Origin: the human T2T-CHM13v2.0 reference genome, Homo sapiens
DNA length: 64,000 nucleotides
Direction: 5' to 3' (one strand)
Assembly: GCF_009914755.1 (NCBI RefSeq)
Contig: NC_060930.1
Each line of letters begins with the position of its first letter. Position 1 is the stretch's first letter. The notes beneath the pieces were generated by a model, which was not told the DNA's origin, did not search any database, and saw nothing but the letters and a program-made list of their open reading frames with translations. Shown in pieces: positions 29,946 through 44,539 of the stretch. The position numbers and the translations under genes were made by a program.

Positions 29946-32900
29946 GCAACTCTCAGAATAAGAGAAAGGTTGATTTCTGTAGAGAATTTCCTTTAGGGAA
30001 TTTTAAGATTCCAAGGCCCAACACGTGGCTTTAGACACGTGCACAGATCCAGGCCAGGAGCAGTGGCTGTGACTTTAGAATTCACATCTTCATTCAGTGA
30101 ATTGTGTAGTAGCTCTGGTGTCTGGCAGCCAAGCCCATCTTACTGTGCACTCTTGGCCCTTAGCAGGTGAGGCATTGGTTACTGTTGAAAACATGGGATT
30201 ATTGACATAGTTTCTACTTGTAGTTGATCGCTGCCTGGATTCACAGAAGGACAAATTACAATGCATTTTGAAAGACTCGTCTACAGTCAACTAAAATACC
30301 AGTTATCACAGACTTCACTGGCCTTAATGAGGAGGCTGAGAGGGATTTAATTACTGGGACATGCAACGCTTACACCAAACTCTGTTCGATTCACGACTTG
30401 GAAAAGCAAATGTGGATACAGATGAGTGTGGACATGGCTTCAGTAGGAAATGTCGAGTTTGTTCATCACTCTGAAGTTTCTTCAGCTGCAACGGAAACTG
30501 CACCCTCCCTCCCGACTTGTTGGTTATCTTGCTGTGCTCCCAAGAAGGTATTTTCTGCTGACCTGATAGATCAGGTAAGAGAATAGCAATGTGTCTTTTG
30601 TCATCTGCCTCCAGTTCCCTGGCTGCCTGCATTGCTGCGTTTGTTATCTGTGGATTGAAGGTGACACCACTCTCAAGGAGGGTGAAGGCAGAGGTGTATG
30701 CACAGCTAGTACCAGTAACACCCCTAGAGTGAGCCAAGAGAAGATGAGGTAAGGAGGAAAGGGAGACTTAGTCATGGGCCTAGGAAAAAGCGTGGGGGGT
30801 TACCTATGTAGAAGGTATGGATGGTGAAGCTGGATCTCTTTTTACCTGTGGTGAGCACACCATACCGGACAACCCAGGGCCTACATTATAGAGGGTGCAC
30901 TCTGCACATGCAATGCATTTTGTCAACAGAAAGCTCTGTGTAAAAGTCTTAAAGCAACTCTTTAGAAATCCTGTTTCATTATTAATTTAGAAGGATTCAA
31001 ATAGGAAATGTGGCAACAGCTGTAATGGGTATTAAAAGCCCCCACTGGCAGTGCTGGGTCTTAGCTGCCTCCAGTGGTGATCCTCTTCAAATAAGGAATC
31101 TTGAGCCAAAAATCCACCCTTCCTGTTAAATAAGTGTTCATACTCATTATTTTATTATAAAAGTCATAATAGCTTGACAGTACGGCAAAGGACAGTGAAA
31201 GATAAATGCACATAAGTAGTATAATGCAGTAATTAAGAGCCTGGTAAAAATCTCAACTCTGTCACTTAATAACCTAAATCACTTAATAGCTTTGTGCCTC
31301 AATCTAAAATACTGATAATAATAACAGTAATAATGTTTGCCTTCGTGATGTTGTTGTGGAGAAGAAACAAGTTAATATAGATAAAGTACTTAACATAGTA
31401 TCAGGCCAACATAGGATCATAGCAAGAGGAAGCATTCAATAATTAGTTGTGGTTGGGTTATCATTATTGTTGTTGCTATTGTTGTTATTATGACACTAAC
31501 ATCTACAACTTTCTGTATTTCATCTGTCAACAAATATTTCAATATCAAATCTGATCCTGCTCCTTGACTCAGACCTTTGTCATTTTGATTGAAAAGATGT
31601 TTACCTGTTGGTCCCCAGCCTCACTCTTCTGAACCTCAGATCCACTGAGTGTGTATCCAGAGGTAAGTATGTGGTAAGTATGCTTGTCATTTACATTATC
31701 TGTCAGCATGAGTATTGGTTTCCTAGAAACCTAATATTGAAAACACTTAGCATTGCTAAAAGCATTAAATGAAATAAAGACTCAATATAGCTGCACTAAT
31801 CTGTGCTTTCTAAATTTACTGATGGACGTGAAGAAAGTAGGTTGGCATGGAGTTTATACAATTTATGGATCACACTGATCTGAATTCAGACAGTGTGTGC
31901 TCAGATAAAAATATTGTTTCCTCCCATGAGGTTTCCAATTTTGCAGAGAAGAATACCTCTGTTTAGCTCATTACTTAACACAATGGGTAGCTGGGTGGCC
32001 TTGCATTCTGGAAGTGAAATGACACAAGAATGTCTCCACTGCATTCTCCAGAGGTAAAGATTCTCTGGCACAAAATCACAACCAAGGTGGGGTTCCAAAA
32101 CTATAGAACAAATGGCAGCAGCCATGCAGCCAGCCTTGGTTCGGGTGGGCTGTAAAAGCAGAGGTTGTCCTCGTGTTATCAGCACTGACTTCCTGTTGTG
32201 GCCACACTGACAGAGATGAGATGGCAGAAAGCAGGAAAGAGACCAGAGCTGCAATTGACAGATGGCTGGCCAAAGTTGAAGGGTCAGAGACTACACCAAA
32301 GACTTCTCAGAAAATACTTGCCTAGGAGGCTCTCACTTGGAAAGATATTCAGGGTTGTTAAACATATCCTGTTATTAGGAAAACGAGAGTTTTATCTTTC
32401 TCTTACTCAGAAAGAAAAAACAAAAAGAAAATTAGTGCTCTTAAGAAAAGCTATTTTAATGTTATCCATTATAAAATTAGAAAACCTTGAAAGGCAAATG
32501 TTTCTTCTGACCATTTACACTGAGCTTCTTTCATTATCTCATATGCAACCTTGTGGATTGAAGGTGGAGAGTCCTTAGGATTACCCAGGAACATCCCTGT
32601 CTGCTCCCCCTGCTAGGCAGGAGGAGATTTGAAACCACATGTGTCTACTTCATTTCTGTCACGGGTAGGACAGTGTCATATACTTTGTAGGTAACTCAAA
32701 GATATTATAGGTAACTCATAGATATTGATTGAATTAATGTTTAATAAAATGAGAACACCAGCTCTGCTGTTATCATCATCCTCATTTCGATTCGCTGAAC
32801 TCTGCACCAAGGCCAAATACATTATACTTTAGGCTTTGTTAAAGCCATCTACGTAAAGCTGGCTGAAGTCGAACTGTACAGTAAACAAGAGATGGTAATA

Positions 32901-33611
32901 GTCTCTGCATGTGTTATTTCTTTCAACTCCAAACCTCAAAGCATTTTAGGAAGAAATACTATTTCATCTTTAAAAAAAAATAGAAAAAAGAAACTTCTGA
33001 AAAATTAATGCAATCTAAATAATAGTCATTAAAAAGTAAATTATGGTAAAATGGCATACTATGCAGTCATTAAAGAGACGATGTTGCTCTATACTTATTT
33101 ACATAGAACATTATCCTTGGGAAAAAAACTTATTTAAAAAATAGAAACAGTTTAAAATATGTTTAATATAATGCCTTTCGTAAAAAAAAATGTATGGGTA
33201 TATGTGTAAAAATGTGTATGGGTGTGTGTGTGTTTGTAAATAGGAAATAATTGGAAGATATTCAACACAAGTTTCCATGGATGAGATGGGAGGCAGATGA
33301 TAAGTGATATTTGTTTCTATATTGTATGTATTACTACATTTTCTGTTTTTATAGTAATGAAAAAGTATTAGTTTACATTCTGAAATAAATGTAACTAGCT
33401 TAAAATAATATGTAGCAGCAATCTTAAAAAATTTTTATTTACTAAAAATCTCATCATCCAATAATTATTTAAATACCTTTTCATACTATCTGTATAAGTT
33501 AGCTAATGTTTTATAACAAAGCCTTGAAGTAGTAATTTATTATTATGGCCCATGAATCTGTGGGACACCTGAGGACTAAGTATTGACTGACTTAGGTTGA
33601 GCTTCACTGAC

Positions 33612-33992
33612 ATTATAGACTGAATTATGGCCTTCAAAATTCATATGTTGAAATCCAAATCCCCAGTACCTCAGAATGTGATTGTATTCAGAGATGGGGT
33701 CTTTAAAGAGGTAATTAAGGTAAAGTGAGGTCATAAGGGTGGGTTCTAATCCAATAAGATTGGTATCCTTATAAAAAGAGGAGATTTGGACACAAACCTG
33801 AGCATAGAGAAAACACCATGTGAACATAAAGACAGCCATCTACAAGGCACAGAGAGAGGCCTCAGAAGAAATCAGACCTGCTGACACCTTGATCTTAGAT
33901 CTCCAGCCTGCAGAACTGTTAGGAAATAAATGTCTGTTGTTTTAATTTACATAGTCTCTGATACTTTGTTATGGCAGCCCTAGCAAACTCAC
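33612..33992 (+). mobile_element. MLT1A/B LTR nested in an older MLT1 (~33480-34395, minus)
   Basis: CCCCAGTACCTCAGAATGTG and TTTGTTATGGCAGCCCTAGCAAACT motifs. Confidence 0.75.
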
Positions 33993-36454
33993 AAGCTGCT
34001 ATCAACTGGGGTCACATTATAGGTTGACTAGGAGACCTGCTCTAAGCTAGATCTGTGTAGGGTACTTTAGCTGGGGGAACTCATCTCCAAATGTCTAAAT
34101 TTCTTCTTCAAGCACCTGTGAACTTCAAGCTCTGGCATATCCTTCTCATGGATGGCAAGAACACAAGAGAGAAAGTGGAAACATGCAAAATTTCTTGAGA
34201 CCTAATCTTGGAGCTAGCACACTGTCACTTCTGTCTCATTCTGTTGGTTTAAGCAATTCACATGACTAAGCCTAAGATAGAGAATTATGCTGTGTCTACT
34301 ATGGGAAAGCATTGCAAAGTGGCATGGTAAAGAGTGTAGATGCCGGGGAGGGAGAGTAGGGCAGAGCAATCAGGGCCAATGATATAATCTACCATGATAC
34401 CTTAGTGTTCACATATCTGTTTATATTGCAGCATTCTTAGTCCACATACTGTAACTATATATTTCCAATTTCACTCAATATTTAATCTTATATCACATTT
34501 TTAACATAATTCATTTTTTATTTTATCGAATGCATAATATATATATTAATTGAGACTTCAGAGGTACATGGTCAATTGCACAGTAGGATAGTGAGGAACT
34601 AGAATAAGGAAAATCACATTGAAAATTTGTTCCAAAAAATTAGTCAGTAAAATTAGCACATAAATAAACCAATATAAAAGTTTAATTCAAATGGAAAATT
34701 TCACAACAGCACAGTATAGTGTTTTGCACATAGCAAGCACTCAATCATGTTTGTTGACTAGACTCTATGTGAATTTGTTTTGAATGTGGGAACTGTTGCT
34801 AAAACAACACATTCAAAATGTGGAAAACCTCATTTTTTGAAATAAAGAACAACAGCAACAATAAAAAATACATACAAAATACTGATGACAGTATAAACTG
34901 TAAAATGTCACAATTTAGTATCCATCCTCAGCTTTCTGCTTAGAAACATGTGGAAGCATTTTACAGGCCTGTTAAAACTTTTTGATCTACTTGGATGAAA
35001 GATTAGCTAAAATTTAGCCATTCTGTTACCACTTTAAAACTATGATTTTATTTTTGCACTCCAAACACTTTTAAGTTACTGAAAAATGAATAATCAAAGA
35101 ATTTTGTTTTCTGAAGAGAGATAGCCTCATTTTTCTAAGAGGATCAAAGGATGAGAAAGCTTTGTTGAAGGTTTCCTTCTAAGAGAAAGTAAATCTTGGC
35201 TCCAAATTCATTTTCCAAATCAGGAAGTAGAAAATTTTTTCAGGAAAGGATTGAACTAGGGAAGCAGAAAAAAAAAATTTTCCACTGGTTAATTATTTTG
35301 ATAATTTGGTTCTAAAAACATTACCAGTATATATATTGCTAAAAAAATATTTTAGTGTCTTATATGGTAAGTAATTCCATCATTTAAAAAGCATGTGGAA
35401 ATTGCAAAGCTAAATAGCAGACATATATTTATTATATTTGGTTCATGCACATACTCTAGGGATAGCTAAATGTGTGTATAGTACTCTTTTGTATCCTCTA
35501 TGAAACCTCTCCAAAGCTATTATGAATTATATTGTTTAAATATGTCCTCACTCAGCTTCATGAGAGTTATTCCCAACTCAGTTTCAAACTGAACACATGT
35601 TGCATCTGTTTTCTGTTTGTGAATATTGAATGTTTGGCACTTTCATTGGGATATTTTTCTTTGGAATGAAATAATTTCAAATATTCACTTAATCAAAACA
35701 TCAGTTTCCTTTTCCAGTTTCCATTGTGGATTGTTGGTAGGTTTCCCAGACCAGCTCTCTTGTGCTGTGCAGAGGGACCCTCCTCCTCTTGGTGCATAGG
35801 AAGGAACAGAGGGGAAAGGAAACAACATCTGGACCATGGGCTTGTCCCTTCTCCACATCTTGTTCCTCTCTAGATTTCACCTGACTTGAGGTCTCATTCA
35901 AGTACTCTTGAAGATTTTAACTGTTTTGTCCTCTTCTGATTATTTATAACTTCCTTTTTTTCTTTTTGAAAATGTTACTGGGAGCAGAATAATTGAAGTT
36001 CTGTGAAGCCACTGGAAACTCACTGCTCCCTCTCCTGCCAGTTTCAATAAAAAGCTTTTTTTTTTTTTTTGAGGACCTATATCTTTGGGATATACATGTT
36101 TAAGCAAAATTAACCTGGCAGGGGAGATACATTGAGAAGGGTTGATTGAAGCAGTAAGAGATTGGAAGGGGGAAAGACAAACTCAGAGGCTCTGGCCACC
36201 ATGCATGGAGGAAATGAGGAAGATTACTGCTGTAAAATTCAGTGAAAAAAATCCATGTGCTACTAGGAAAAGCATGGACTTCAAAATCAGAAAAATTGGA
36301 GTTGAATCCCAGCCCAACAACTCATAAACTCTGTGACTTCAAGCAAGGTACCCAACTTCCTTAAACCTCATTTTCTCAACTTATAAAATGGATGTGAAAT
36401 CAGCATACATAATTGTTATAAAGACTAAATTATAAAGGTTTTTAAATGCTTAGT

Positions 36455-36815
36455 GTTTTAATCAGTTTAAATTGCTACAACAGAACACCATAGACTGTGT
36501 TAAACAACAAACATTATTTTTCACACTTCTAAAGGCAAGGGAGTCTAAGATAAAGACATCAAGAGATTTGGTGTTAGATGAGGGCCCACTACTTGGTTTA
36601 TAGATGGCCATCTTCTCACTGTATCTTCACCTAACAGAAAAAGAGCAAGAGAGCTATCTGCAGTCCCTTTCATACAGGCACTAATCTCATTCATGAGGGC
36701 TCCACCCTCATTACATAATTATCTCCCAAAGGCTTCTCCTAATACTATCACATTGGAGGTTAGAATTTCAACTTACGAATTTTATGGGAGGAAAAAAAAT
36801 GTTCAGTTTATAACA
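36455..36815 (-). mobile_element. MLT1A-like LTR, flanked by MIR (~36240-36440) and L2 (~36850-37370)
   Basis: ATTCATGAGGGCTCCACCCTCAT motif and other MLT1A hallmarks. Confidence 0.7.
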
Positions 36816-39800
36816 CCTAGTATATAATAGATGTTCAATGTTAATATATGATTTTAAATGGACATATTTGAGAGATATTATAAAGGAAGAAACAAATGAA
36901 TAATGGACTGAATATAGGAAACCAGGGAGAAAGATACTCAAAGACGGGGAGGTAACTAGGTTATTGACACACATGTTGTAGTTGGGAAAGAGAGTCAATT
37001 TGGAGTAAAAGCTAATGAATTTAACATTGAACACATTGAGCTTGAAGCAATGGCAGGATATCTGAGTAAATGTGTGCAGAATGTAGTTGGAAATACAGTA
37101 CTGGAACACATGTGAGAGGTTACAGGGGGGCTATGTATTGGGGTTAGAGATACGAATTTTAAAATCATGGACTGAGAAATAATATTTGAATCTATGAGAA
37201 CAGACAAACTTGCTAGAGGCAAATAGCAGAACCTTGGAGAACATCCACAATTTAGAGAAAAGCAAAAGAAGTTAGAAGATCAATTTTTAAAAACTTAGGA
37301 GGAGATCTAGGTAAGCCTTCATCCATGGAAACCAATGGGAAATTCTCAATGAATGGATAACTGATACTATTACATTGTCAATACATTGGAAAGACCATGG
37401 ATGCCCATCAAGGGGGATTTGCTCAGCAAATTATAGCACATCCACATAAAGGAAAACTATGCAACCTTTAGAGAATGGTAGATCTATATTTATAGACATG
37501 GAAAATATTTTAAAACAAATGGATTAAAAAACCATAGGTTAAAGAACACCACGTGTAGAATGTAATCCTATAAAAATGAATACATAAATACATATGGAGT
37601 AGGTAGAGAAAGTCCTTAAGATTGTTTTCTGAGTTCTACTAACAATTACCTATGATGGCATCCAAGGCGAGTTTTACTTTTTCTTTGTACATTTCTACAT
37701 TGCTTTTTTTTTTTTTTTTTTACGATAATCATGTATCACTTCAAAAACAAAGTATTTTTAGAAAAGAACGAATACTACTGAAGTTGGTATTGTGACTTTA
37801 TATTCTTATATTATCTGTTGGTCCACACTGAATCCTTTCTGCCACTTGCAGGCCATTTACTCAGCCTCAGGGTGTTTTTCTGGAGGTTGTCTCACTGATT
37901 GGACCTACCTAGCTCTTTAGTTAGCATTAGCTGAAGTCACTGGTGTTGTCCTTTGAGGTGCTTTGTGGAGAAAAAGCGTTGTATGGTCAATAGGTTAGAG
38001 AACTGTGAATGTGATACCTCACTTTAAGAGATCACCAATCACACTTGCACATTCAAGTATCTGTGAAGGTGCTCCTGAAAATGAACTTGTCAACATTTAA
38101 TCTAATACTTCTCCAAATTCTTTGAGCATGGAGGGAGCTATTTTCTTGTTTTATCAACTGCTAACATACCATGGAACTAGTATCTGCAAAGCAGATTATG
38201 AGAGACATGAGCTTAAATGGTGATCTAGTGCTTTGTTATGGATTTTTCAGCTTTTCTTGAGTGAAATTCAGTTTGACCAGCTAATACGTGCAGTTCCTAG
38301 ACTCCCTTGGAATCTCTCCAAGAGACAGGTCAGTAACCTAATATTTCCCTTTGTTCTGTGGTAGGTCTCCATCAGGCTTATTTAATGACAGGTCGTACAC
38401 TGTCAGCAAGTACTTTAGAGTTATAGTTTTGGATCTCTTCAAGATTCTAGTTGTAAAAAAAGGACAAAAATACAGAGAATCCCAAAGTTTGCTTCTTTGT
38501 GTAAATTTTTCATCTCCAGCTTTCCTCTTATCTGGAAGTTAGAAAATGTTAACAATATTCCAGTGGTAGAAAGTTAATCACATTTTGCAGCCAATGAGTT
38601 GTTTTAAGAAAATATCAAAGTAATGTATGTTTTCATTGAAGATAAATTGAGAAATAAATAGAAGAAATTTAAAAACATATTAATCACATCATACAGAAAA
38701 AAATCAGTTAATATTTTGATTTTTAAACCTCTAGACTCTATTTATGTTGATACACATATATAGAGTCTGAATCACCACTTAAGCTCAAATCTTCCATAAT
38801 CTGCTCTGCAGATAATAGGTCCCAATTTTATTAGCAGTTGCTAAAACAAGAAAGAGTTCTATTCTCAAAGAATTTGGGGAAGTATTATTAATAGATTAAA
38901 TATTGTCAAGTTTATTTTCAGTGTATGCATTTGTTTTTTTGTTATCATCTGAACAACAATGTAGTCACATTATACGTTTGTTATATAATCTGCTTTCCCT
39001 CACTAATTAATATATATATAAATAATATATTTCCTTGTCAAGAATATAGATTTACATTATAACTTTTATGGAATAAGTATTTAATTGAATTAATAAACTA
39101 TACTTTCTTAAAGAGATTTTTAATGTTTTAAAAATTGATAATACACATATTTTCATGGTACATGTTTTAATTTAATACATTTATATAATTTGTCAAGATC
39201 AAATCAGTGTGTTTAGGATACTCATCACTTTAAATATTTGTCTTTTCTTTATGCTAGAAACATTCAAATTATTCTCTTCTAGTTATTTTGAAATATACAA
39301 TAGGTTATTGTAAACCATAGTCATAGATCAGTTTGACACTGATCTATCAAACACTAGGTCTTATTTATTCTATGCAACTATATATTTGTGCCCGTCAATG
39401 AACCTCTCTTTATTCCCTCTTCCCTTCAATTTTTTCCAGCCTCTGGTAACCACCAATCTACTCTCTATCTTCATGAGATACACTTTTTTACTTCCCCCAT
39501 ATGACTGAGAACATGCAATATTTGTCTTTCTATGCTTGACTTATTTCACTTAACATAATAACCTCCAGTTCCATCCACGTTGCTGCAAATGACAGGATTT
39601 CATTCTTTTTTATGGCTGAATATTATACCACTGTGTATATATACCACATTCTCTTTATCTAGTCATCTGTTGATGGGCACTTAGGTTGATCATACTTTGG
39701 TTATTGTGAATAATGCTGCAATAAACATGGGAGTGCAGATATCCCTTTGATAAATTGATTTCCTTTCTTTTGGATATATACCCAGTAATGGAATTGCTGG

Positions 39801-40432
39801 ATCACATGGTAATTCTATTTTTAGTTTTTTGAGGAACTTCCATACTGTTCACCATAGTGGCTATACTAATTTACATTCCTACCAACAGTGCACAAGGGTT
39901 CCCCTTTCTTCACATCCTCTCAGCATGTATTATTGTCTTTTTGATACAAACCATTTTGACTGAGGTGAGATAATATCTTAGTGTGGATTTGGTTTGCATT
40001 TCTCTGATGATTAGTGATGCTGAGCATTTTTAATATACATGTTGGCCATTTGTATGTCTTCTTTTGAGAAATATCTGTTCAGATCTTTTGCCCATGTTTC
40101 AATCCAATTTTTTTTGTTGCAATTGAGTTGTTTGAGCTCCTTATACATTCTGCTTATTATTCATTTGCCAGATGGATAGTTAGCAAGTATTTTTGCCCAT
40201 TCTGTGGATAGTCTCCTCATACTATTGAAGACTTTTCCTGTACTCTGCAGAAGCTTTTTAGCTTGCTGTAATCTCATTTGTCTGTTTTTTCTTTTGTTGC
40301 TTGTGCTTTTGAGGTCTTACATAAAAATGCTTTACCCACACCAATGTTTTGGGGTGTTATCCCAGTGTTTTCTTTTAGTAGTTTCATAATTTCAGATCTT
40401 AGATTGACTGATTGATTTTTTTATTTTTTTGA

Positions 40433-40639
<207 letters not shown>

Positions 40640-41394
40640 TGAGACTCAGACTGGCTCTTCTTGCTCCTCAAGTTTGCAGACAGTCTGTTGTGGGACCTTG
40701 TGATCATGTAAGTTAGGTTTTGGGAAGTTTTCTGTTATTATTTCTTTGAATAAGATTTACACCTCTTGTTCTTGCTCAATTCCCTCTTGAACACTAATAC
40801 ATCTTAGATTTGGTCTTTTGAGATAATTTTCTATATCTTGTAGGTGATCTTTTTTCCTTTTTATGTTATTTTTTCTCTGACTGTGGATTTTCAAATAGCC
40901 TGTCATTAAGCTTATTGATTCTTTCCTCTGCTTGATCCATTCTGCTCTTGAGAGTCTCTAATAAATTTTTCAGTTCAGCAAATATATTTTTCAGTTCCAA
41001 AATTTCTGATTTTTTAAAATCATTTTAATCTCTTTGTTAAATTTCTCTCATAAATTTCTCAAATGCTTGTCTGTGTTATCTTGGAGATCACTGAGTTTCC
41101 TTAAAACCACTACTTTAAATTTTTGGTTAGAGAGCTCACATGTCACCATCTCCTTAGGGTCAGTCACTGGTTCCTCGCTTTTTCTGTATGGAAAGGTCAT
41201 AGTTCCCTGTTTGCTGTTGTTTGTTGTGGATGTACATCTATGTCTTTGCATTGAAGGGTTTATTATTTATTTCAGTCTTCATTGTCTGGCTTTTTTTTTT
41301 TTTATTGGATATGTTTACTTAGAGATTCTTTCTAATTTACCTGTTGATTTTCTTTCTTTCTTCCTTTCCTTTCTTTCCTTTCCTATTTCATTTC

Positions 41395-41745
41395 TGTATT
41401 AGTCCATTCTCATGCTGCTATGAAGAAATACCTAAGACTGGGTAATTTATAAAGAAAAGAGAACTCACAGGTCTGCATGGCTGGGGAGTCCTCAGAAAAC
41501 TTACACTCATGGGAGAAGGAACCTCTTCACAGGGTAGCAGGAAAGAAAATGAGTGCCAGCAGGGGAAATGTCAGACACTTATAAAAACTTATAGACCTCT
41601 TGAGACTCACTCATTATCACAAGAACAGCATGGAGGAAACCACCCCCCATGATCAAATTACTTCCACCTGGTCCCACCCTTGACACATGGGGATTATTAC
41701 AATTCAAGATGAGATTTGGGTGGGGACACAGAGCCAAACCATGTC
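41395..41745 (-). mobile_element. THE1D/MSTA-type solo LTR
   Basis: TGTATTAGTCCATTCTCATGCTGCTATG...GGGGACACAGAGCCAAACCAT. Confidence 0.85.
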
Positions 41746-41820
41746 TTTCTTCTTCTCTCTCTTTCTTTCTTTCTTTCTTTCATTCTTTTTTCTTTCCTTT
41801 CTTTTTTTTTTTTCTTTCTT

Positions 41821-41859
<39 letters not shown>

Positions 41860-41860
41860 C

Positions 41861-41901
<41 letters not shown>
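41745..41901. repeat. Polypyrimidine (TTTC)n/(CT)n tract
   Basis: About 155 nt, almost purely pyrimidine. Confidence 0.95.
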
Positions 41902-41903
<2 letters not shown>

Positions 41904-42652
41904 AGGTTGCTACCTCCTTTTTGGCACTAGATAGGACCTTAAGCCCAGGTTTGCCTTGGTTTTACTAAACAATCAGAGTGCCACCTGTCCCAAATGGAGG
42001 CGGTCCCAAAGGGGATATCCTGATAGTGTGGAAAGGCTGGCTTAGAATTTGTACCTAAGGCACCTGTGGAATGAACCTCCTACAGTGTGGTGCTGAGACA
42101 CCCTGATTTAGCATCTCCTTCGGCTGAGTAACACAGCAGAGTTTTCAGGGCTGGTGATGGTAGTCCTGCCTCTCCTCTTTGTTTCTGGCTGTCCTTGGGG
42201 ATATTTTTCTTTTCAGGCACTCCTAATGCTTTCTATGGGTTGAGGCAGGGACAGGTCTCCTGCCAAGAAAATCACTATGGGGTTGGGGGAAGCTGGTTGT
42301 CCACCTCAATCTCACTTTTTCAAGAGTAGAAATTCTGAGTTTGGAGAAAATTTTCCCTGTGCTTGGTGACAAGCAAAAGGAGGGGAGGAGCATTGTAGAT
42401 ATGGACGTCTAATTGTATCACCATCTGCTCAGAATTTTTCACCTCTCTATGGCCTCAAGAACTGGCTTATCCTCACATATGAGTAGTGGGACATTGCTGG
42501 TGATAATCAAAGCACTGTGTATTTGTCCTTGTTTTTCTGTGGGCCAGGGGGAGTAAAGCCAGCTTGCTTCTACCCTACCATTTTGGTTAAAGAAATTTTT
42601 GAAGGTAAATATCTAGGCTATTATTGTAAACAACACTAAAATAAATACCTTG

Positions 42653-43921
42653 GCCTCTGCCTCTGACCCTGCCCCTGCCCCTGCCCCTGCCTCTGCCTCT
42701 TTGCACGGTGTCCCTCTGATGCCGAGCCGAGGCTGGACTGTACTGCCGCCATCTCGACTGACTGCAACCTCCCTGCCTGATTCTCCTGCCTCAGCCTGCC
42801 GAGTGCCTGGGATTGCAGGCGCACGCCGCCACACCTGACTGGTTTTCATATTTTTTGGTGGAGACGGGGTTTCGCCGTGTTGGCCGGGCTGGTCTCCAGC
42901 TCCTGACTGCAAGTGATCTGCCAGCCTCGGCCTCCCGAAGTGCCGGGATTGCAGACGGAGTCTCGCTCACTCAGTGCTCAATGTTGCCCAGGCTGGAGTG
43001 CAGTGGCATGATCTTGGCTCACTACAACCTCCACCTCCCAGCCGCCTGCCTTGGCCTCCCAAAGTGCCGAGATTGCAGCCTCTGACCGGCCGCCACCCCG
43101 TCTAGGAAGTGAGGGGCGTCTCTGCCTGGCCGCCCATCGTCTGGGATGTGGGGAGAGCCTCTGCCCCGCTGCCCCGTCTGAGATGTGAAGAGCACCTCTG
43201 CCTGGCCGCGATCCCGTCTGGGAACTGAGGAGTGTCTCTGCCCCGCCGCCACCCCATCTGGGAGGTGAGGAGCATCTCTAACTGGCCGCCCCGTCTGGGA
43301 AGTGAGGAGCGTCTCCGCCCGGCAGCCTCCCTGTCCGGGAGGTGGGGGGCGCCTCTGCCCAGCCGCCACCCCATCTGGGAGGTGTACCCAACAGCTATTG
43401 AGAACGGGCCATGATAACGATGGCGGTTTTGTCGAATAGAAAAGGGGGAAATGTGGGGAAAAGAAAGAGAGATCAGATTGTTACTGTCTCTGTAGAAAGA
43501 AGTAGACATAGGAGACTCCATTTTGTTCTGTACTAAGAAAAATTCTTCTGCCTTGGGATGCTGTTAGTCTATAACCTTACCCCCAACCCCGTACTCTCTG
43601 AAACATGTGCTGTGTCCACTAAGGGTTAAATGGATTAAGGGCGGTGCAAGATGTGCTTTGTTAAACAGATGCTTGAAGGCAGCATACTTGTTAAGAGTCA
43701 TCACCACTCCCTAATCTCAAGTACCCAGGGACACAAACACGGCGGAAGGCGGCAGGGCCCTCTGCCTAGGAAAACCAGAGACCTTTGTTCACATGTTTAT
43801 CTGCTGACCTTCCCTCCACTATTGTCCTATGACCCTGCCAAATCCCCGTCTCCAAGAAACACCCAAGAATGATCAAAAAATACTAAAAAAATTTAAAAAT
43901 AAAATAAATAAATAAATAAAT
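42653..43921 (+). mobile_element. Full-length SVA (older subfamily, SVA_A/B-like): variant hexamers, Alu-like domain, short VNTR, SINE-R, (TAAA)n tail
   Basis: (CCCTGC/CCTCTG)n head, VNTR ~43085-43385, HERV-K-derived SINE-R. TSD AAATAAATAYCTTG at 42639-42652 and 43922-43935. Confidence 0.95.
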
Positions 43922-44129
43922 AAATAAATATCTTGAAACTAACTTTGTGTGTGTGTCAACAATTTTTAAAGTTAGGCTTAGGCTTAAATATGCTTATAAA
44001 ATTTACAGTTCCATACATCCTCCATATTTACAAACACCCTTTCTTTTCTCTGAGGAAGCACGGAGAAGAGAGAAGCAATAGTCTATCTTCACACATGTGA
44101 TCAGCAAGAAAAGAGATGGGTCTTTTTCC

Positions 44130-44135
44130 TTTATT
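44130..44135 (-). terminator. HDAC2: Candidate distal poly(A) signal AATAAA
   Basis: Plus-strand TTTATT, with U/GU-rich sequence downstream on the minus strand. Confidence 0.55.
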
Positions 44136-44539
44136 TGAGCTTTGTCTTTCCCATGTATATTTACATTATCTCAAAGCCAGTATCCTTGGGGGAAATTATA
44201 CGTAATTGCTAAAATGTTGACATCAAAACTTTGCAGTTTGCTTTCAAAATGATGCTCATGTTCTCATTCACTAAGTGATTAAAGTTAACATCATCAGTAA
44301 TGAGAGAAATTGAAATCATGCATTACCTGACTGGGTGCACTGAGAACACAGCATCATTCCTGTGATATTCTTGCCCAAAACATGCAACCTATATCTAACC
44401 ATGAAGAAACATCAGACATGCCCACTGAGATATTCTACAAGGCCAGAGGGTTAAGTGACTTTCCAAATTTCACAGGACTTGTTGATGGCAGAACTGGAAT
44501 AGGATTCAGTTATTCTGACTCCTGGACCTGAGATTCGAT

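Noticed and set aside
31061-31080. CTCF-like CCACTGGAGGCAGC
   Set aside because: The core is one base short and misaligns with the consensus.
41649-41934. Ser/Leu/Phe-rich ORFs
   Set aside because: These are translations of the (CT)n/(TTTC)n tract.
42613-43872. Cluster of ORFs up to 139 aa
   Set aside because: All lie within the non-coding SVA (Alu-like, VNTR and SINE-R domains).
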